From the human T2T-CHM13v2.0 reference genome, Homo sapiens: DNA of 64,000 nt. Numbering within the stretch: the first letter of the stretch is position 1; every line of letters begins with the position of its first letter. The notes beneath the pieces are model-generated. The model ran no database searches and was not told the origin of the DNA. It saw nothing but the letters and a program-made list of their open reading frames with translations. Shown here piece after piece: positions 54,474 to 64,000 of this stretch. The position numbers and the translations under genes are program-made. The stretch is from NCBI RefSeq assembly GCF_009914755.1, contig NC_060935.1. One strand, 5' to 3'.

Positions 54474-57400
54474 GAGAATGTTATTTTCTAACCCATTTGG
54501 AATTTAGATTTATGAAGAGGCATTTATCGACCTTTGTGTTGGCTTATCTGGATTATGTTTCATCTCTCTCAAGCCACAGAAGTGTAAAAACTCTTATGTA
54601 CAAATTTATGAAGTTTGACAAATGCCCTCAATGCCTGATTAACTAAGTATGAATTGCTTTAGTACCAACTCAAGAACACATTTAAGAAGTTGCTTATCTT
54701 GTCAGCTTGTTTCATTTTTTCTAAGTGGGATGATTGAGGAAAGGGGAAATGTCAATGCAAGAGTTTATTCCAACACGTTGCCAGGAAATAAAGTTTCCTA
54801 GATAAGATTTTTAAAATTGATCAAATCTAATAAATAATTGCCTTGTGCTTCAATTCGATCTTAAAGTGCTGCCAGATCTGAAAAGTTTAAGTATTTATTA
54901 AAACTAATATCAATACTCATGTTACCTTTTTATACATAACTCATGGAGTTAGGACACCAGTTACTTTCATAACATTCTTTCTCATTATTTCTTAGAATCC
55001 CCATCCTGTCTCACGTTTCTTTGGGTTCTGTACTCAAAAAAACCACTAAAAAGAAGTAGCATCAAAAAAAGTGAAACAAGTAGCATCAACTGTTGCTGAT
55101 GTCTTCCAAGAAAACTGTACTTTTTAATCTAGGGTTCCCCCAAGCTGAAAAACTCTTTTTATACCAGAACAATGTCATACTATGTCATAATTTGTTACTG
55201 TAGTGGCAGTGTCCAAAGTCTCTTAAGAAGAATTTCTTCCGCAATTTCCTCTTTCTCTTCTCTCTCCAGAAAGGATCACAGTTAATGCATTGACCAGATA
55301 AAAGAAGAGAAGCCATGCCATTATTTTTCTACTCATCCTTTTTGCTATTTAAAAAATTCCCATGCACATAAACTTGTGAAAAAAAGGCTAAGAATATTTG
55401 CCATTTAAAATTGGGAACCAATTTTGACTTTGGCTAAAGACACGGTGATATTTGCTAACGGTAGATTAGCTTTATTATTTCTTACCTTTCAGCACATATC
55501 TTCTAAGGAAATAATTACCATATTGTGAACAAAATATTTTCTATATATTTATATAATTTTTATTGTTTATCTTCATCTACATATTTTCTAAAATACTACT
55601 CATTTTTTAATAAATGAAGAAAGATAATTATTCTAGTCTATGACATGTTTTTAAAAGATGTTATGACATTTCTTTGTTAATTAACTAATAATTCTTTAAA
55701 AATCAGCTGCCTCTAATCTCAAGTTTAACAAAGATGACAATTTTTTTTGCAAACTTCTAAAATACGTAACTATCAGAGGAGTATAATTTAGCATTTTCTC
55801 ACATAATATGCAGTTAAATACAACCCCCACAGACATTTCTGTTCCTTGTATGATTTAATCAAAAGAAATATATGTTGACTCTTCTGATATTCAAATATTG
55901 TCTAAATATTCACACACATTCATATGTTAATTTATAATAGATTTCCAGTATCTTCTTGAATGTTCTAAGAATTTTGTGAGCACCAATTTTTTTCAATGCA
56001 GTGTTATCTGATAGAAGGATAGGAACTTTAGATCCAAAATGACTGGGCTGTTATTACTACTTCTTAATTCATATACTACATAATTGTTGAAAATTAAACT
56101 TCTCTCCCCTTGCCTTCATTTGGGCCTCTAAAAATATGAATTACACTTATAATTGTAAATATTTGAACCCAATCAATCCTGTGAAAGAAAAGGGGAAATC
56201 GTGTTCATGTGAAGCAAGTTTTCTAAGATACCTGATAAACCTTGAGAACAGTCATGTAGCTGAGACTCCAAATCAACTGGTATCAAGTCCTGGAGCACTG
56301 TAAAGAAGCCAGCAAGTCACTCAAACTTTATGTGGTGTATCATTTGCTGTGCATTATTCTTCAACTCTAGAGTGTCATTTTTAGCTTATAAGTATACACG
56401 GGCAGAAAAATGCCCCTTAAAAACTCAGCTGTAAATTTTATTAATTTACAAATATGTTTAAACTTAGGCTAAACTTTCCTGCCTCAATTTCAAATGCTCA
56501 GTTCATAGACAATTATTGACTGATTTTGTTCAAGTGATCACCCCCAGACCAAACTTCTTGGGGCCAGAGCATCAGCTTCAAATTTTATGAACAGCTGGCT
56601 TCTGCTGCAATCAAATGAACAAAGTAGAATTAGGTGAGAAAAGATACTTAAATAGAAAAGGATGCCTGACTTTACAATAGTTGCTTAATACTGTCAAGAA
56701 GCTACTGTGAAATTTGAAAATAGTAGGTGTGATGTCTGGCTAGTAGTTGTTATTACGCTTACATATATAAACATTGCCATTCCAGTTAGGTAGCTTCTTG
56801 TATCACCCTTCTGAAGTGGCATAGTACTTTCTTTAGCAGTTTAATAGACTTCAGCCAACCGAATATTGGCCCAAGAGACTTAAGAATAATTTAGAAATTA
56901 GATATAATTCAATAGAGTAAGAAAAGGAATAGAGCACCATAGTAGATACAACGTGGTGATCGAGAATACCACACTTGGGAGCACACTTGAAAAAATTCCT
57001 GTGATTTATCTAACAATTAATTATTTAGATGTATGTTTTAAGGGAGGCTGGAAGTCCTGTAATATTAAGCAGGCACAGAAAAAGAGAAATACTGCTTTAT
57101 AAATGATATTGTTGTAAATGCGTTCAGATTGGCAGAAGTAGTTCTGACTTAGTTTGGCTAAGAAACACTTATAAGCATAGATAACTGCTGTGATATAGAG
57201 ATCAACATTAGCTCTTATCTTTTTGTGCACTCAGCTAAACTACAATTCGAAAATCTTGCTTCAAGCTGGAAACTGTGGCTATGTTCTAGACAAGGGTAAA
57301 AATGCCCAATCCTGGCTATATAATGTATTATATGCCATTATCTGCTTGGTATGTCTAGGTTTTTGAGGCTCTAGAAGTCAGCAGGGTCACATAGTACAAG

Positions 57401-58321
57401 AAATCTCTCCCTTGGTTCCTGCTTATTGCAGTTACTCGGGGTACATAATAAGGGACAACCTAGCACGTGTAAAAACTAAACTTTATTATGCTAAACCACT
57501 GAAACTTGATTTGCCTGTTGCTACATCTAATGTTTATCATGGAAATGGAAAGAGGTTTATAACACAAAGTAGAATAAAACTTCCAGAAGTTAGGACCAAA
57601 AAACAAAGATAAAAAATGGGGCACAAATAAATCAAATTAGAGATCTAAAAATCTTAAAAAAAGAGATCTAAAAATCCAATCAATAGGTGTTCTCAGAAGA
57701 GGAAAGATAATAAAATAACAAAATATTTATTTTCTATTTTATTTTATTTTATATATTCTCTCTTAATTCCTTATGCTTTTCATTGAAAATTGTTAAAATT
57801 GAGGAAAGTACAAAGAAAAAGCGTTCATTACCCTATCTCCCCAAAATAGCTACTGCTAATATGTGACATATTTTCTTTCACTTACTGTTTGAGGCTTAAC
57901 TATACTATACCATATATACTATACTATAAGGATTATATTACGCACATAATATTTATCTTTTTTCTTAACATCATGACATATAAAATTGTCTTTATGATAA
58001 ATTTTTTGTAAGTATAAATTTAACAATTAATCATCTCAGTAATGCCAATAATATATTTAACAATTTTACTTAAGGCTGTGCATTTATTTTTTATATACCA
58101 CATTTAATGCTGCATTAAGTGTCTTTATACATTAACATATTCTGAGAAAATTAATATGACAAAATTATCAGAAATGGAATGATCTCATTTATGAAACTAT
58201 AATTCTTACTTCCCAAAATATGTACATCTAATCACTAATATTAACACCTTTCCATAAGCATGCTTTGATGGTGGCAATTAGCAGAGTACAGCCCCTCATC
58301 AGTGGAAATGACCTCCACATA

Positions 58322-58746
58322 TGTTAGGGTTTCAATTGTGTCCCCGTAAATGACATTAAAGCCCCAATCACCAATAATTTGAAATGTAATGTTATTTAGA
58401 AATAGGGTTGTTGAAGACTTAAATAGTTAAAATAATGTCATACTGGAGTAGGGTAGGCATTGAATCCCATAAGACTGGTGTCCTTATAAGAAAAGAGGAA
58501 GAGAGACATATTACTAGATTTAAGTTCTGCAGCTATGAGCCAAGGAATACCAAGGCTTGCAGGCAATCCATCAGAAACTGTAATGAAACAAAAAAATTCT
58601 CCCAAACTACTATCAGGGAGAGCACGGCCTTGATGACATCTTGATTTTGGATATCTAGTCTCTAGAACTATATCACAGTACATTTGTATTGTTTTAAAAC
58701 ACTGGACTTGTGGTCGTTTGTTATGACAGCTCTGGGAAACTGGTGC
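58322..58746 (+). mobile_element. MaLR solo LTR (MLT1C-like)
   Basis: aattgtgtcccc...ttatttagaaatagggt...gactggtgtccttataagaaaagagg...gccaaggaataccaagg...tttgttatgacagctctgggaaact. Confidence 0.85.
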
Positions 58747-59824
58747 GACTTGCTCATTCTTGCATGTACACCATCTCACACTTCTACTCCCCCATCCTCC
58801 AATACAATCCCTATTCAACTTTCCTCTACTTTATTGTTAGTACTCTTCTACCCATTCTTCTCTGTTTATAGTATTGACTCAAGCAAATTCTTTATATTTT
58901 ATTCTTTGGGCTGACTTGGATCTTGCCACCCAAGTACTTTCCCAGGCAGAAGTTCAGTTTTCTTCAAAACCTCCAGCATTCTTTCTTATTCATTTCTAGG
59001 ACAGCAAGTATCTTCTTCCATTTTCTGATTCTTTAAAAAATATCTTGATATCCTTCTTTTATTGATTTCTTCATTTAACCTTTTTATATTTAATCACCTC
59101 TTATCTTTAAATATCTTTTCTCATTCTCCAAAAGTCTTTTCTAACTTTACTTAAACATTCATTGAATCAGTATTCAAAAAACCGCCTCAATTTTTATTTT
59201 ATTTTAGTATCCTTCTAACAAAAAAAATAAAATTTACATAAAGTTAGAAAAAATATGGGAGGTTCTAGTATATTTATTATGAAAATATCATTTTTACATA
59301 TTAAGGGAAAATATCTTACAGCTACTAGGGATCAGTACTGAGCTTATTCAATGAGTTATAGTTTGGATTAAGCTGTTATTTACATTTGAAGACTTCATTT
59401 TTTTCAACTGAGATGTTTAAAAATGAATTTTAATAATAAACTGCCAAATTATTCATTTTAGTTGATTTATAGCAATGTTTAGAGGACTTAGAAAGTTGAT
59501 TAAAATAACTTGCTGTTGTATTTGCCATCCAAACCTATAAATTTTGTAGTACTTTAAAAATTTATTTGCTCAAATAAACTAAGCTTTTCGTTTGTACTCA
59601 TTCAGGGGTGGTGTAAAGAGGAAAGGGAAGGCAGCTGCTCCATAAATTTTATCAAGCCTCAGGGCCTCAAATATACAATCTAAGTGAAAGCAGTTGTTTT
59701 CTAGGCAAATGCATCATCTAGATAAGCCTCTTGGTCTCTCTTCTACCACCATTACCCATAGCTATACTCCTTGGATATGGAAATTCTGAAGTCCCCACTG
59801 ATGTTATTCAGCTTTTCTCAAAGG

Positions 59825-60281
59825 TGATAAAGTCTCTGACTGAACTTTGCTTAGGCTCCTCTGAGCTCTTTTTCACTAGACCTCAACCCTGGGCTTTATG
59901 TTCTTCCTTGTAGAATCCAGTTTTAGCAGTAATCATACTAAATTGATGTAGTGACAATTCCCACTTTCGGTATCTAATCAAATCCCTCATCCCTCACCCT
60001 TGTTATCTGATCACCCTGCTCCTCCTTTAGCAAGAATCCTGTCAAGTCAATTAAGCCAGAGTCCCCCCTACCCTTGATATTTCCTCTTAGTAATTTTCCA
60101 TCCACTGACCCTCACCCTACTCCTTGGCTATAAATTCCCATTTATCCCCATTGTGTTTGGAATTGAGCCCAGTTCTATACTGAGGCGTCTTTTCTCCTAC
60201 TGGAATCATTTTATTTGTTTGTTTGTTAATAAAATTTATCTTCACTATTCTAATTTCTGTCAGCTCTGGTTTTCTTTAACA
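59825..60281 (+). mobile_element. ERV1 solo LTR (MER31-like)
   Basis: tgataaagtctc...aggctcctctgagc...agcaagaatcctg...ccttggctataaattccc...aataaa...ctttaaca. Confidence 0.8.
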
Positions 60282-60375
60282 AAAGTAAGGCATTATTTAG
60301 AAATATGTAAAAAGGGGAGTGATATATTTGCTGTAAACACATTATTTTTTTCTTGTAAATAACTAACTTAGGACT

Positions 60376-60982
60376 TGCTGAGAGACAATTTTCCATGTAT
60401 CTCATGTTTCTAAAGAGTCCAGGTCCTCTTAAAGTCATTTACCGCCAGCTTAAGAATGTTTATAGAGAGAGAGAGACATTGCAGGATAGTAATGCTGAGG
60501 AATATCTTACTACCTGCTGAGGTCCAAGAGGTAAAAGTATAGAGCTCTCCTTCCCTAAGTAAATTCCAGAATAATGATAAGTCTCTCTCTTTCTCTGGAG
60601 GGGAGAATGTAGCCATTAGGCTTCTTAATTTCAGGATGGCTTTCCTGTAATGCACTTGAGTACATGTGCAAGTACCATCTGTTCCGTACCACGTTCTGTT
60701 TTTGAGATTAGAGCTTGGGGTACTGAAGCAAGCTGTTGCTTTGGCTTCTGATTTTGCAATGAGTAATAAACTGTCTTTGTCTCTGAACCAGAGGCAGACA
60801 TTTTATGTGCACACACACATGTGTATATATACATATTAATATATGTATTATATGTATCTATATAAACATTTGTATACTATATGTGTATATATACTACAGA
60901 CACACACACACACACACACACAGTGGGAAGCAAATTTGTTAGCACCTAAGTAGATTAAAAACTCAAATTCTTCTGACTTAAC
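60376..60982 (+). mobile_element. ERVL LTR (MER77/MER68-like) with an internal TA/CA microsatellite at ~60806-60922
   Basis: tgctgagagacaattttccatg...gagtaataaactgtctttgtctctga...aaatttgttagc. Confidence 0.6.
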
Positions 60983-61049
60983 TTTCTGAATTAACAGGTC
61001 TCTGTTACCTTGTCCATAATACTGATACAGGTTTAAAATTGCTTTCAGC

Positions 61050-61705
61050 AAATTTGTAATATGGACTGTACATTCGATCATCATATTTTATAAAACTAAA
61101 TTTTCTGATTTTGAAAATGTGCTGTGGTTATGAAACAGACTGTTCTAGTTCTTAGAAATGCACACTGAAGCATGAAGGAGTAAAGGGGCATGATGTCTGG
61201 AACTTACCTCAAGTGAATGAGACAACATAATTCAAAAGAAAAAGATACTAATAAAATAAATGTAGCAAATGGTGAAACTGAGTGAAGATATAAGGGAGCT
61301 CCCCAAAAGACCACCAGAAAAGCTTATTGATCAGCTATAGCTCCTGCATTAACAGAGAATGCCACTTTGACCGAGTCTTAGTAATATCTCAAAATGAGTA
61401 AATTAAGAGGATAAGTAAGGCAGGTTTTTCCAGGTATGAAAGTGTTTAGAATGGAAAGGAACTGATAATAAATTGCCTTTCGATTGGCAAGCACGGCAAG
61501 AGAGTCTCAATGAGTAAACTACAGGTTTTAAGTAATCTGTTATGTTTGTTTACAGTCTTATCTCGAGTAGTTATTTCGTGGAGAAGCAGCTAACATATTT
61601 TGTTTGATCCCAGTATTAACACTGTGGCAGAGAAGTACGTTGGTTTCAGTTACCATCTTGTAAATTTTTAACACATTTGAATCATAGCAAAATAAAAATT
61701 TTTAA
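61050..61705 (+). mobile_element. L1MC-type 3' end, interrupted at ~61300-61655 by a probable old LTR fragment
   Basis: aaattttctgattttga...cttagaaatgcacactgaag...aaaggggcatgatgtctg...aaataaaaattt. Confidence 0.6.
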
Positions 61706-62050
61706 AAATGCACATGATCCTGAGCTATGTATGTAGTCATTAGGGGTAAAATATTTAAAAGCTGGAAAGGGTGTCTAAGAATAGAGACTGAGAAACTAAA
61801 TGATGAACAATTAAAGGCCTCTATGAGTTTAGTCATCATAATTTTACATTCAAACAATATGAGACTAGCATAATGCATCACCTACATTTTTCTCAGTAGT
61901 TAACTTGGATTACTGATTAAAGCGGTCTACAATCCCTGTACTTTCAAGATCAATTTCTTTTGTTTTATGCAGAAGTCAGAAATCAGGCATGAGTGCACAA
62001 AAAACATACATTGCAGGAATACATGTAATGTCATATAAAACTGTAAATGA

Positions 62051-62675
<625 letters not shown>

Positions 62676-63139
62676 ATGTCAAGAATATCAGCAACCATAA
62701 ATACATTGTAAGGTTTCTTCTTTCACTTTCCACAATACTTTTAAGTTTATGAATTTGCTGGGTGAAGATGCTCAATGATATTAAAATGTATCATAAGACT
62801 CAAGACAATCAATGTTATCATCTTAAGTTTTAAAATTTCTAGGCATTTCCCTGCCATGATTGTACAACTGTGTAAGTTTTATACTGAGGTCACGATGATC
62901 CCAAATATGAAAGTCCAATATTCTATTTCCAAGCATCCCCAATATGCTAACTATTTTACAACTTATGTTTGCATACCAATATGTGTTTATATGTAAATAT
63001 TTATATAATGTCACACACATATCACCAGCTATTTCATATATTATAAAATATAATTTCTAGCAATGAATATTCAACATATTAATGTCTTCAAAATTAACAG
63101 GCAAAACAAATTATTCCTAACCCATTATATATAATGTTT

Positions 63140-63176
<37 letters not shown>
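63140..63176. repeat. (CT)n(AT)n compound microsatellite
   Basis: Direct reading. Confidence 0.9.
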
Positions 63177-63178
<2 letters not shown>

Positions 63179-64000
63179 CACACACATATGTAGCCATATG
63201 CTTCATTAAGAGGCAAATTTCTCAGACCTATTTTTTATGTCACCTTCTGCTCTTTAACATGTTTACTTCCTCAGAAGTTGAAGTACCAATTCTCAGCTAC
63301 TTAAATATTTTCTAATGTTAGAGGGGAAAGAAGCAAAAGTGTTGTGTAAAACATGCACAATGAAGCTTTTTTTGAAATGGATGGGCATGGATTGTGGAGC
63401 CTCATTTGCATTTTTCAAAACCACATTTACACATTTTCCTGTGGTATGAATCTGTGGATCTGTGGTGACATGTTGGTATTACACTTCTTAAAGCATGATC
63501 ACAGAAATAGATCTATCAATAATTGAGAAAACGGAGCTGGCCTAAACCACAATAATATAATGTATTCATAAGTAACATATCTGCACTTATATATTTTTAG
63601 TGATGTAGAATTTTTTACGCTAAATTCATAAAATAACTGTCACATTAAAGATTATCTCGATCACCACCAGTCTACCAGGTTTATCCCTAATAATTTATTT
63701 GGCTAGATCTATTTTAAATAGTTTGTCAAGACAAACAGTTTTGATTTTTTAAACCATATAGTCCTTTTAAAGAACAGGCAGCAGTAAATTATATTTTAAC
63801 AAATCCACTTCCGACTGATGAGGCAAATTGCAGGTGCTACATCTACTGCGCAAGTTTAGACATATTATTTAACTTTGTGATGGTTCTTTTTATTTGTCTT
63901 TAAATAAGGCTGCATGTTAGTAGCATAATTAAATTACAGTTAAGAGGAAGGCTGGAGCAGACTTAGAATCCATGTTCTGATACGTACTACCTATATGACT

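Overview
AT-rich, repeat-dominated, apparently non-coding primate genomic DNA (gene desert or deep intron). I find no intact protein-coding gene, no CRISPR array and no novel multi-gene system. The long ORFs in the track are explained by Alu, L1, LTR or microsatellite sequence, or are short chance ORFs in AT-rich DNA. Most of the window is retroelement-derived: several L1s (a near full-length L1MA-type copy with TSD, a 5'-intact L1PA13-16-type copy, a 5'-inverted L1PA7-like copy and many older fragments), about 14 Alu copies or fragments, solo LTRs (LTR12, two THE1D, MSTA/B/C-D, MLT1, MER31, MER39, MER77/68, LTR33), a broken ERV1 remnant, L2/MIR fragments, a MER58A DNA transposon and a decayed 5S rRNA pseudogene. 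One young AluY carries Old World monkey (AluYR-type) diagnostic bases, so the source is probably a cercopithecid rather than human. The most interesting signals are mechanistic: a candidate ancient L1 3' transduction, templated or ectopic insertions inside repeats, a ~545-nt AT-rich palindromic expansion inside one Alu, an L1 insertion plus deletion that splits an ERV integrase remnant, and an LTR12 promoter with six CCAAT boxes. Subfamily names come from recalled consensus sequences, not from a database search. Boundaries of old elements are approximate.
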